From a virus (Duplodnaviria > Heunggongvirae > Uroviricota > Caudoviricetes), in the IMG/VR virus record IMGVR_UViG_3300029746_000007, positions 1 through 19,504 of that record: DNA of 19,504 nt; one strand, 5' to 3'. Positions 1 through 8,192 of the stretch are shown here, one piece after another (the stretch's first letter is position 1; the number at the start of each line of letters is the position of its first letter). The notes under the pieces were generated by a model. The model was not told the DNA's origin and ran no database searches. It worked only from the letters and a program-made list of their open reading frames with translations. A program made the position numbers and the translations under genes.

Positions 1-647
1 TGCGAGATGATAACTGTTGATTTTCGGCAATCTCTAGCTTCGATGATTTCAAAGAGATCACGGCACTTGTCAAGATTTAAGTCCATCAATCCAAAATCAT
101 CTATAACAAGAAGATCATAACCGGCCATCTTGTTTGAATACTCATAGTAATTATCTTCACTATGTGCATGGGCGGATTCTTGAAGCAGATAATTCGCACG
201 GATATATTTAACAGTCCTCATTTGATGTAGTGCTGTGACGCAAAGTGCACATGCAACATGTGTTTTGCCAGCTCCTGCTCCACCTGTAATCAAAAGATTG
301 TTCGGTTCATCGATCCAATCACCTTTGGCCAGTAATTCAATGACATGTGTGTTTAACTGCCTCTCTGGATCATAAAGAGAACTATCAAGGTCAGCTGCCG
401 GATATTTTAGTGTTGCTTGTTTTAAGAGCCGATTGAACTTCTTGTTTTCTCTCCCTAACCACTCATGGTTGATGATTTCAGAGAACCTTGTTTCAAAGCT
501 CTCTAATCCCGAATTCGGATTCATAAGTTGGTTTTCAAAAGCTTCTGCCATGCCGGACATACGCATCTTATAGAGTTTGTCCATAAGAAGATTTTGATTC
601 TTTGTAAGTTTGTCGTTATAATTGTATTCTTTCTGTCTGTATGCCAT
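1..647 (-). CDS. istB: IS21 helper AAA+ ATPase IstB (truncated by window edge)
   Basis: Hand translation MAYRQKEYNYNDKLTKESNLLMDKLYKMRMSGMAEAFENQ... with Walker A GGAGAGKT and Walker B LLVIDDFG. SD AAGGTGA overlaps the istA stop. An alternative ATG lies at 653. Not in the ORF track because it runs off the edge. Confidence 0.92.
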   Translation of the reverse strand, partial: MAYRQKEYNYNDKLTKNQNLLMDKLYKMRMSGMAEAFENQLMNPNSGLESFETRFSEIINHEWLGRENKKFNRLLKQATLKYPAADLDSSLYDPERQLNTHVIELLAKGDWIDEPNNLLITGGAGAGKTHVACALCVTALHQMRTVKYIRANYLLQESAHAHSEDNYYEYSNKMAGYDLLVIDDFGLMDLNLDKCRDLFEIIEARDCRKSTVIIS

Positions 648-659
648 AATCATTCACCT

Positions 660-2216
660 TTACTTGTAGTAATCCTTTCCTCTGATGTTTTCATGAGATG
701 GAAGTGATTCCGGTGATGATTCTGGATGCTCATCGCACTCCATCTTTTTAAGCACCTGCCTGTACGTCGAGTAGCGACAGGAGTTCATTTCAATGCATTT
801 ACGAGCGGCTTCTTCTGCAATGCCTTTAGGGATTGCTTTTACTCGATGTAGTATCCCGGCACATGCATTGAATGCTTGCTCTTCGTGCTTAGAAGATTTT
901 AGGATTCGATCAATCAATTCCGACATGGAAGGACCGAACACAGACGCCCAGCGCCTGTAATAGTTTCCATCTTTCGAATTGATTTCTTGATAATAAAGGT
1001 GTTCTGGAGGCATATGCTCATCCGTAGTTATGTACAACGGAAAATCCTTATAAGATCTTCTATGAGTGCAGATCAGACGGTTGTACTGATCACAGATACG
1101 AATCTCAGAAGGTGTAGCTTTAAGGATTGCTGGTTTTCCGCAGTAAGTATACAATACAGAGTAGTAGTGGCCGTCATAATCGATGTGATAATTATTAGGC
1201 ACCTTCAGTACTGCTTTGTAATCACAAGTTGTGTATTCTCCGCCTGGCAGTGGTTTCATACATGGTTTGTCATACTTGATAAACATTTCTTGTCTGGAAA
1301 AAGCTTGATTCTGAAAAGGTCTCGCATTGAGGACGGCTACTATCTTTTTGATATCAGCATTCAAATCCTCAAAGGATGTGTAAATCTTTTCTTTTAACTT
1401 TTCTATAAGATGTGTTTCAAGGTAACGCACATGATTCTCGACCGTTGGCTTTCCCTTAGGCTTACGAGCCGGTGGTGGGAGCACAATCGTATCATAGAAG
1501 TCTTCCAAATCAGAGAAGGTTGACTGTAATACAAGATCATCTTTTGTATGCTTCGTAACAGCTGTTTTTAGATTATCTGGGACAAAGTGTTTAGCAACTG
1601 CACCATAGAAGGATACCGCATGTACACAGCCTTCGATAAAACAAGGAAGTTTTTCATTTGGAAATGCCTCTGCATAGATCATACTGCTCACGCCTAATGT
1701 TGTGGCAAAGATATGAACTCTCATGATTTCACCGGTTGTAACATCCGTCAGAAGTCCAGGCTGGTCGCCAACCCAGTCGATATACATCTTCTCACCAGGC
1801 TTGCGATTTACCGCCATTGAAATTTTTGTGCCACCATAGTTTTCCTGAACAAAACGTTGATAGTATTCATAGAACTGAGATTTTTCATATCCATCTGGAT
1901 TCTTTTCTTTGTAATCCAGCCAACAGAATGAAATATTTACTCTACTGTTTGGGGCATGAATACGATCATAGTAATACTGAAAATCTGGAAGTGGAACTTC
2001 TTTGCGTTGAAGATTTTTCTGTGGGTAAAAGAGGTTCTCTACTTTTTTGGGTGACATAGCTTCAAGCTCGTCAATGGTAAGCTCAAGAGCCTTATATCGA
2101 CTCATGATCAAGTTAAGAGTGCTTGATCCGATTCGAAAACGATCCATAACAGATCTGGTTGGGCACTTATTCAGACGCATCTGAATAGCACCAATAATAG
2201 TGTTGTAGTCCTGCAT
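660..2216 (-). CDS. istA: IS21-family DDE transposase IstA
   Basis: N-terminal HTH; rve-type core PGEKMYIDWVG, VPDNLKTAV, PKGKPTVENHV; C-terminal NYHIDYDGHYYSV; SD AAAGGAGG. Confidence 0.95.
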   Translation of the reverse strand: MQDYNTIIGAIQMRLNKCPTRSVMDRFRIGSSTLNLIMSRYKALELTIDELEAMSPKKVENLFYPQKNLQRKEVPLPDFQYYYDRIHAPNSRVNISFCWLDYKEKNPDGYEKSQFYEYYQRFVQENYGGTKISMAVNRKPGEKMYIDWVGDQPGLLTDVTTGEIMRVHIFATTLGVSSMIYAEAFPNEKLPCFIEGCVHAVSFYGAVAKHFVPDNLKTAVTKHTKDDLVLQSTFSDLEDFYDTIVLPPPARKPKGKPTVENHVRYLETHLIEKLKEKIYTSFEDLNADIKKIVAVLNARPFQNQAFSRQEMFIKYDKPCMKPLPGGEYTTCDYKAVLKVPNNYHIDYDGHYYSVLYTYCGKPAILKATPSEIRICDQYNRLICTHRRSYKDFPLYITTDEHMPPEHLYYQEINSKDGNYYRRWASVFGPSMSELIDRILKSSKHEEQAFNACAGILHRVKAIPKGIAEEAARKCIEMNSCRYSTYRQVLKKMECDEHPESSPESLPSHENIRGKDYYK

Positions 2217-2283
2217 AAAAATGCCTCCTTTCGTAATCTAAAAATAATGACTACGAAAAAACTATAACACTTTATAAGAATGC

Positions 2284-2375
2284 GTGATCCGACGAAGCGG
2301 AAAAGTGTTCCGTTACGACCGGAAACACTGATCCGTTGCTAGCGGAATCGGTGATCCGATGAAGCGGAATTTGCA
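2284..2375 (-). repeat. IS21 terminal region with four ~20 bp transposase-binding repeats
   Basis: Minus-strand TTCCG-N-CGGA(T/A)CA units at 2351-2369, 2328-2347, 2305-2324 and 2284-2302 (outer two match at 18/19 nt), 21-23 bp period, preceded by terminal TG. Confidence 0.88.
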
Positions 2376-3734
2376 AGGTATTTCTAGATAATAATATCCA
2401 TTGCTTATAGCATATTGTTTTTTATAATTATCCTTCCATTGTAAATAATTTAATTCTTGCTCAGGCGTCGTTCCAAACTTCTTTGCCGACATTTCAGCAA
2501 ATCCAGATAACTGATAATGCTGTAATCCATGGACTTCAATAATCAATTTAATATCTACAATTTCGTTATCATATGGTAAAGGTCTATTTGTTTTTGGATT
2601 CAATGGTTTTAATGTACATTTGTGTTCGTGAAGTGTTTTGTATCCTAAATTGTTATTTATGTATTTTCGTACTTTTTCTTCGAGCTTTGATTCATCTCTT
2701 TCTTTCACGCAATCTGGACATTCGAATCCACTAAGGTAGGCAATTTCAATTTTTCTCAATGTATCTGAATGTATTCCACAATTACATTTAAACCAAACTT
2801 TTTTAGCAGACCTTGTTTTATATTCGTATGGTGATTTTTTATTTTTATCAGACCATAACTCCAATACTTCTGGATGTAAATATCCTAAACTGTCAAATTT
2901 ATGAACTCGTGTATTATAACAATATGGACACGTAATTCTATCTCTTGTCGCAGTTAAATCACATGGTTTCGTCTCATATGAACCATGATAATCGACATCT
3001 TGGCACTTAATCCATATCTTTTTCGAATGATTTGTCATCGCTATTTCAAAAGGATCGCAATCATTTTTATCAAAATCCCAATATTTCTCAAGAAAATCAT
3101 CGTCAAAAGTATCAATTCCCCATTGAGCAAGAGAATGACACTTTGGACATTCACATTTACTAACACCTTTGGTAATATTCTTAATCATAAATGGATTAGA
3201 GCCATGTTTTGAATTATTACATTTAATCCATATATTTTTCTTGCTTCCTTTTGGAATAGAATAAATGTCAAAATCTATTTTACTAAAATCAATTTTATCC
3301 AATAGTTCCTTCTTATTATCAATACACCATTTGCCAAATGAATTGCAATATTGACATTTAAATACGACACCCATATTTGTAATTGAATTAATATTATAAT
3401 ACCGTTTAGTTCCACAATCAGGACAAATCATACAATATGAATTATGCTCTGAAAACGAAATATCTTTTGGCGTTATTTTATTATCTTCATAAGACCAATT
3501 ATCAATAAATTCCATGTGATTATTTTTGATACACCAATTATAAAAACTGGTTGTTTTACGTTCTTTCCCAATTAAATTATAAAGATACTCTTTTGTACCA
3601 AGCCTATCACATGCACTTAATGATATGGTATTATATTTTCTATGAGAATCAGTAATAGAATTCGTTGACAATTCTCCGTATTTTTCATAGATAAACTTTA
3701 AATCATTTTTTATTTTCGCTTCTGAATATTTCAC
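2313..3734 (-). CDS. Multi zinc-ribbon (treble-clef, DUF4379-like) protein with C-terminal PD-(D/E)xK/Vsr-like endonuclease domain; 3' end replaced by IS21 sequence
   Basis: Four repeats of W..KN..P..I...S.KK.W.KC...H...CPxC type. C-terminus ESKLE..LPYDNEI..IIEVHGLQHY..DNYKKQYA..YYLEIP. The last 20 codons come from the IS end. GTG at 3734 is preferred over 3830 because the upstream part lies in a structured leader. Confidence 0.8.
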   Translation of the reverse strand: MKYSEAKIKNDLKFIYEKYGELSTNSITDSHRKYNTISLSACDRLGTKEYLYNLIGKERKTTSFYNWCIKNNHMEFIDNWSYEDNKITPKDISFSEHNSYCMICPDCGTKRYYNINSITNMGVVFKCQYCNSFGKWCIDNKKELLDKIDFSKIDFDIYSIPKGSKKNIWIKCNNSKHGSNPFMIKNITKGVSKCECPKCHSLAQWGIDTFDDDFLEKYWDFDKNDCDPFEIAMTNHSKKIWIKCQDVDYHGSYETKPCDLTATRDRITCPYCYNTRVHKFDSLGYLHPEVLELWSDKNKKSPYEYKTRSAKKVWFKCNCGIHSDTLRKIEIAYLSGFECPDCVKERDESKLEEKVRKYINNNLGYKTLHEHKCTLKPLNPKTNRPLPYDNEIVDIKLIIEVHGLQHYQLSGFAEMSAKKFGTTPEQELNYLQWKDNYKKQYAISNGYYYLEIPCKFRFIGSPIPLATDQCFRS

Positions 3735-3774
3735 AATTCTACCTACACTTCCTCCTACACATACAATAAAAATA

Positions 3775-3876
3775 GAACAGTAGAAGAGGCGTGTAGGTTT
3801 CCTCATATGCTTGGTAGCTACTCCAAACACCTACTGTTCCATAATTCTCACAACCAGCTATGACACCAATCATGAG
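3775..3876 (-). ncRNA. Structured 5' leader of the endonuclease gene
   Basis: Minus-strand hairpin CTCATGATTGG/CTGGTTGTGAG (G-U rich), then a multi-stem element closed by GAACAGTAG/CTACTGTTC containing GTGTTTGG-AGTAGCTA-CCAAGCAT and GAGG/CCTC, followed by a T-run. Confidence 0.55.
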
Positions 3877-3920
3877 TACACACATTTATTCTCCATACCA
3901 ATACAGAGAACATATTAAAA

Positions 3921-4005
3921 CGCAGCACATTGCACTCGAAGCAAATACGAATTAACGTACACACTACTTAGCAGGTAGGTTCCAAACCTCATGGATTTAT
4001 GCTGC
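3921..4005 (-). tRNA. tRNA-Ser(GCT)-like, atypical, no encoded CCA
   Basis: Acceptor GCAGCAT/GTGCTGC with discriminator G; anticodon arm CTAC-CT GCT AA-GTAG; long variable arm GTACG/CGTAT; T loop TTCGAGT. Deviations: A at position 8, C53-G61. Confidence 0.78.
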
Positions 4006-4013
4006 ATAAGAAA

Positions 4014-4131
4014 AGAACCCATAAGTTTTTACGCCTACAGGTTCTAAGAAAGGAAGGTAAAACATGAGTGTAATCACAAAAAGAAAACTTCACGTCAAAA
4101 AGCACTATGAGTTTTTGCGCCCATAATGCCT
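4014..4131 (-). ncRNA. Candidate sRNA: two sibling hairpins flanking an anti-SD/anti-AUG linker
   Basis: 12-bp stems at 4100-4131 and 4014-4045 with loops CGCAAAAA and CGTAAAAA; G-U pairs favour the minus strand; linker contains CATGTTTTACCTTCCTTTCTT. Confidence 0.5.
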
Positions 4132-4162
4132 AAGAAAATCTATATTTCTAATAATATTTATC

Positions 4163-4744
4163 TTACAGTCCAAAGATATCTGCTAGAAAATCTAACATCT
4201 CATTCTGATCAAATGCATCTGTACAATAGATACTATGTGAAATATATCTATCTCCGTCGGAACTAGAAACAGTCATTCCGTGTACTTCGCCATCTTCGTC
4301 TTTGGTGAATCTAACATCACAATCATCTTTATGTTCACACATATCACAGTCAATGTCATCATCATGACCACCTAACTCTTCGTCATCCGGTTCAATCTGA
4401 ACAAGAATTTTTGTTTTAGCGTCAGGATAAGATCTTAAAATACACTTAGAATTTACATTTTCCATTGCATAAATTGCAGTTGCCCAAGAAGTAATATATT
4501 CTCCATCTCTTTTTAATTTATCGCAATAAATACGATCGTTAATAATCATAACTTCATATTCGTTTGGATATTCATAATCTAAGTGAATATATCCAAAATC
4601 ATATCCATATAAAACAAGTTCTTTAATAATTTCTTTTGCATCATTATATTTCGCCACAACTGAAATGGTTTCTGTAGAATCTGTAAGTACGTCATCTAAC
4701 ATTTCACAAAATTCCTCAATGCTTTCAAAAGTAAAAGTATCCAA
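4163..4744 (-). CDS. Acidic hypothetical phage protein with small Cys cluster (CDMCEHKDDC)
   Basis: Long ORF in operon orientation. The track's GTG (4753) lies within the SD GGAGTG, so TTG at 4744 is the better-spaced start. Confidence 0.8.
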   Translation of the reverse strand: MDTFTFESIEEFCEMLDDVLTDSTETISVVAKYNDAKEIIKELVLYGYDFGYIHLDYEYPNEYEVMIINDRIYCDKLKRDGEYITSWATAIYAMENVNSKCILRSYPDAKTKILVQIEPDDEELGGHDDDIDCDMCEHKDDCDVRFTKDEDGEVHGMTVSSSDGDRYISHSIYCTDAFDQNEMLDFLADIFGL

Positions 4745-4762
4745 ATAATTCACTCCAATCCA

Positions 4763-5041
4763 TTATGCTTCGTTAACGGCATCCTTAAGTGCTTTACCAG
4801 CTTTGAATTTTGGTGTTTTACAAGCTGCGATCTTCATTGTTTCCCCTGTCTGTGGGTTGTGACCTTCATGTTCAGCTCTTTCTTTTACTCCAAAAGTTCC
4901 AAATCCAACAATCTGAACCTTTCCGTCCTCAATCATACCATCTTTAATTGATTCAATAACTGCATCTACATACACAGCAGCATCTTTCTGCGTTGCTCCA
5001 ATTCTTGTAGCGACTGATTTTGTTAATTCTACTTTATTCAT
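4763..5041 (-). CDS. hup: HU-family DNA-binding protein (SPbeta YonN-like)
   Basis: MNKVELTKSVA...VQIVGFGTFGVKERAEHEGHNPQTGETMKIAACKTPKFKAGKALKDAVN is the canonical HU signature; SD GAAAGGA. Confidence 0.96.
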   Translation of the reverse strand: MNKVELTKSVATRIGATQKDAAVYVDAVIESIKDGMIEDGKVQIVGFGTFGVKERAEHEGHNPQTGETMKIAACKTPKFKAGKALKDAVNEA

Positions 5042-5075
5042 TTAATTAATTCCTTTCGTTCCATATCATTTTTAC

Positions 5076-5198
5076 AAAAATAGAAGAGTACACGCCTGTT
5101 TAACGGTCGCATCTCTTCTCAAGAAATATATAATAACAGCCCATACAATTCCGATTTACGAGAGTTTGAATTATACCGGGTGTAGTATGAGCTGTTAT
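5076..5198 (-). other. Two intergenic stem-loops (terminator/processing signals)
   Basis: 14-bp stem ATAACAGCTCATAC/GTATGGGCTGTTAT (5133-5198) with inner CCGGT/ATCGG; AGAAGAG/CTCTTCT (5082-5119) followed by ATTTTT on the minus strand. Confidence 0.55.
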
Positions 5199-5208
5199 GC
5201 GACTTTAT

Positions 5209-6180
5209 TTAATTTAAAGTTTTAATATGGGTTTTGTTTTCAATAATATTCCCATCTTTGTCAAGACATATAATCATAAATCCTTCTTTCTGAGAATTTA
5301 TTAACTGTCCATCATTATATCTCATTTTATCTGTTTCGCAACAACATCCCTGTTCATAAATCATTGTATTTCCAACTTTATACGAACCAACTCTATGCGT
5401 ATGTGACATTATCAAGGCATCAAAATTATATCCTTCATTACGAAACCAAGATAAAGCTTTTTCCGCAGTTTTTAATGGACTACTTGAAAAAGCTTTCGGA
5501 TGGCAAAATAATTTTCTTTTATATAAAGAAAACCATGTTCCTGTATAATTAATATCAATATCATCAAATACATCGCACAATGGAGCATATTTGATTTTCG
5601 CTTTTGTTCGTCTATCGTAATGTGTAAATCCATCAACAAAAATATAATCAAGAGCTGTTTCCGGCATTAATTCCTGTAATTCGTTGTCAAGATTCTTTGC
5701 CAGATATACTCCTAGACGCAACTCATGATTTCCATGATTAACGAGAACTTTCTTTGGTTTAACCATTTCAATAAGATCAATAATATATTGTCTTACGCCA
5801 ATCATTTCTTCTAAAGGTGATACTCTATATACTTTAGAAAAACGTGATAATGCCATACAGTCAATCAAATCTCCATTCAGTTGCAGAACATCAATCTTTC
5901 CGCTAAACTTGCGAAAGGTTTCTAATGGTTTCGCAAATGGATAATGTAAATCAGAAATTGATAAAATTGTAGTTGCTACTCCAGCGTAACCATTTATATA
6001 ATTATCATATTCTTCATATCCAACTGCTTGTTTCCTTAATTGATCTGGGCTAATATCTAACCCAAGCATATCTCGAATCTCTACCCAATCCATATCTGTT
6101 TCTTTGCGCTTTTTCGCAAGACAGCAACGGAGCTTCCATTCAAAATCTGTTTCATTTTCTAATCTAAATAAATCAGTAAT
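5209..6180 (-). CDS. Calcineurin-like metallophosphoesterase (YonJ-like), probable ATT start
   Basis: Motifs SDLH, NGDLID, GNHE, CHP and SHTH. The frame is open 29 codons upstream of ATG 6093 to an ATT at 6180, which lies 9 nt after SD GAAGGGAG. ATG 6093 has no SD. Confidence 0.88.
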   Translation of the reverse strand: MTDLFRLENETDFEWKLRCCLAKKRKETDMDWVEIRDMLGLDISPDQLRKQAVGYEEYDNYINGYAGVATTILSISDLHYPFAKPLETFRKFSGKIDVLQLNGDLIDCMALSRFSKVYRVSPLEEMIGVRQYIIDLIEMVKPKKVLVNHGNHELRLGVYLAKNLDNELQELMPETALDYIFVDGFTHYDRRTKAKIKYAPLCDVFDDIDINYTGTWFSLYKRKLFCHPKAFSSSPLKTAEKALSWFRNEGYNFDALIMSHTHRVGSYKVGNTMIYEQGCCCETDKMRYNDGQLINSQKEGFMIICLDKDGNIIENKTHIKTLN

Positions 6181-6197
6181 AAGAATGCACTCCCTTC

Positions 6198-6398
6198 TTA
6201 TTCTTCATCTGGAAGTTCAAATGTAAGCTTAAAATCTACAACTTCGACATCATCCGGAATTTCTGCGATTACCTGCTCTGTAATATCTTCTCCAGTATCT
6301 GTATCTACAATTGTCAAATCCTTTACTGAAATATTTTTTAACTGAATATTTTTCTTTGCTGGAGTTGTCTTACTCTCGCTTGTTGTTATTTTAATCAT
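6198..6398 (-). CDS. Small phage protein, possibly YonK-like
   Basis: 66 aa with SD GAAAGGA. Size, basic N-terminus/acidic C-terminus and position just upstream of the phosphoesterase resemble SPbeta yonK; the family call is tentative. Confidence 0.7.
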   Translation of the reverse strand: MIKITTSESKTTPAKKNIQLKNISVKDLTIVDTDTGEDITEQVIAEIPDDVEVVDFKLTFELPDEE

Positions 6399-6445
6399 CC
6401 TTTTGTTCCTTTCATATCAACTATATTTCCAGACTATTCTGGATA

Positions 6446-6474
6446 CAAAAATAGAAGAGTAATAATTACTCTTC
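6446..6474 (-). terminator. Intrinsic terminator-like hairpin
   Basis: GAAGAGTAA/TTACTCTTC stem overlapping the stop of 6466..6717, followed by TATTTTT. Confidence 0.55.
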
Positions 6475-6717
6475 CTCGTCTTCATAATATTCTTCTAATT
6501 CAGGATCTGGTGCTTGAAAACCTATTGCAAATGTCTGTTCAGTCCCGTCACTTTTAGATGCGACTTCTTCATTCCATTCTGCAATAATCGAAGATGGTTT
6601 GATCTTCATAACCTCAATCCATGAGTATAATACATTTAATAATTCATCTGTAACCGGTAACAATACGACACCAGTTATAAGACCGAATATATATGATAAT
6701 AACTTTTTATCTTTCAT
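6466..6717 (-). CDS. Small membrane-anchored protein with acidic tail
   Basis: Hydrophobic N-terminus LLSYIFGLITGVVLLPV; SD AGGAG overlaps the upstream stop. Confidence 0.8.
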   Translation of the reverse strand: MKDKKLLSYIFGLITGVVLLPVTDELLNVLYSWIEVMKIKPSSIIAEWNEEVASKSDGTEQTFAIGFQAPDPELEEYYEDEEE

Positions 6718-6729
6718 AGGCAGTTACTC

Positions 6730-8163
6730 CTAGAGTGTAAATTTCAAACTAGAGTTTGCTATTACAACTCTTGTTGATTTACATTTTCTTTCTAATTCTT
6801 TTTCCAAAGCCGGTTTTAATGTTTTTTTAGCAAGTTCTGACCCATGATGTAATATAATTTTTTGACAATTTATATCTGTATAATTTTCTACAAGCTGATA
6901 GAATGGCGCATGTCCACTCATTGATTTTAATGAATATGAAGAACATCTACATGAATATTCTTTTTGATCAATTGTGACGCTTCTCCTTTTATTGTCTTTT
7001 AACAGAGAAGCTAACGAACCCTCTGTAGAAAATCCAACAAATAATACCGTCGAATTTGGATCAACAATACATTTCTTTAAATGATGTCTTATTCTTCCAA
7101 CTTGACACATACCACTTGTAGATAAAATTAAACATGATTCATCACTAGACACTAAAGCCTTACTATCTTCTGGTTCTTTCACAAAAGTAAAAATTCCACT
7201 TTCTAACATCTTGTCAAAATCTTCTTTGTCTTTACCAACCAAACATTCAGCGTAGTCTTTGAAGATTTTAATCGACAATGGAGAATCTATATAGACTTTT
7301 GGTTTCCACTCTTCATCTTTATACATTTCATATATCATAAGAGCCAATTGCTGAATTCTCGATTGTGCAAAGCTTGGGATTACAACACGACCTTTTAATT
7401 CATGAATCTGTGTCTCAATTATAGATTTAAATTTTTCTAAATCATTTTTTCGTTCTTTTTTACCTGTCTTTAATTTTGGTTTATCTCCATATGTAGACTC
7501 TGCAATTACATAATCACATGTCCTTACCTGCTCATAATGTCCAACAAACCTATTCTCAATTATTTTATTTCCAATATCACCTGTGATCAGAATGGATTTT
7601 GTAACATTATTCACTGTTAAGAATAATAAAACCTGACAACTTCCGAGCAAATGACCGCTTGGTATTAACATAAATGACAATTCATCATCAATGAAAATCT
7701 TCTTATCATATTCATATTCTGATACATAATTCATCATATTAAATACGTCATCTAATCCATATAACGGTGAATAATTCTTATCATGCTGACTATTAATTAT
7801 AAGAACATCACGTTCGTTTATTTCTGCACAATCTTCAGCCATATCTTTTAATACGATAGAAGACCCTTCTGTAACGATGACTTTTGCTTTACATCCTTCT
7901 TTATAAAGTTTAGGGCATAATAAGCAATGATCCGCATGATTATGGGTCAGGAAAATATAATCAATTTCTTTTGGTTTGAATTCTTTATATTTTCGATTAT
8001 TCACCAAGAAATCTTCATATCTATCATTTGTTTGATGTAATCCTGCATCTACCAGAATTTTATGATTTGGTGTAGATATAAAAATAAGGCTTCCTGTAAC
8101 ATCCTCCGAAGAAGGTGAGTCTACAAATGAAACCTTTATTGATTCTTTCTTTTTCTTAGCGAT
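6730..8163 (-). CDS. Metallo-beta-lactamase fold beta-CASP ribonuclease (CPSF73/Ysh1-like), probable ATC start
   Basis: Motifs VTGS, LVDAG, THNHADH, GHLLGS, TGDIG, ESTYG, PSFAQSR, SGMCQVGRI, SGHA and HHG. The track's GTG at 8175 is inside the SD GAAAGGTGG; in-frame ATC at 8163 is correctly spaced. Confidence 0.92.
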   Translation of the reverse strand: MAKKKKESIKVSFVDSPSSEDVTGSLIFISTPNHKILVDAGLHQTNDRYEDFLVNNRKYKEFKPKEIDYIFLTHNHADHCLLCPKLYKEGCKAKVIVTEGSSIVLKDMAEDCAEINERDVLIINSQHDKNYSPLYGLDDVFNMMNYVSEYEYDKKIFIDDELSFMLIPSGHLLGSCQVLLFLTVNNVTKSILITGDIGNKIIENRFVGHYEQVRTCDYVIAESTYGDKPKLKTGKKERKNDLEKFKSIIETQIHELKGRVVIPSFAQSRIQQLALMIYEMYKDEEWKPKVYIDSPLSIKIFKDYAECLVGKDKEDFDKMLESGIFTFVKEPEDSKALVSSDESCLILSTSGMCQVGRIRHHLKKCIVDPNSTVLFVGFSTEGSLASLLKDNKRRSVTIDQKEYSCRCSSYSLKSMSGHAPFYQLVENYTDINCQKIILHHGSELAKKTLKPALEKELERKCKSTRVVIANSSLKFTL

Positions 8164-8192
8164 GGCACTAACCACCTTTCTATAAGTATTAT

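Larger units (their letters stand above)
1..2375 (-). mobile_element. IS21-family insertion sequence (partial; other end outside window)
   Basis: istA-istB gene pair. The end begins 5'-TGCAAATTCCGC (minus strand, 2375) and carries multiple internal repeats typical of IS21 ends. GC content is visibly higher than the flanking phage DNA. Confidence 0.93.

Noticed and set aside
987..2059. Plus-strand ORFs 987..1397 and 1817..2059
   Set aside because: Antisense shadows of istA with no SD or recognisable motifs.
2985..3212. 75-aa plus-strand ORF
   Set aside because: Shadow of the endonuclease gene.
3735..3830. N-terminal 32 codons of the 505-aa ORF
   Set aside because: They run through the structured leader, and the SD-like sequences lie downstream, near 3734.
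3787..5097. 9-nt complementarity AGGCGTGTA (3787-3795) / TACACGCCT (5089-5097) between two hairpin elements
   Set aside because: A 9-mer match over this distance is plausible by chance and has no further support.
5364..5552. 62-aa plus-strand ORF
   Set aside because: Shadow of the phosphoesterase gene.
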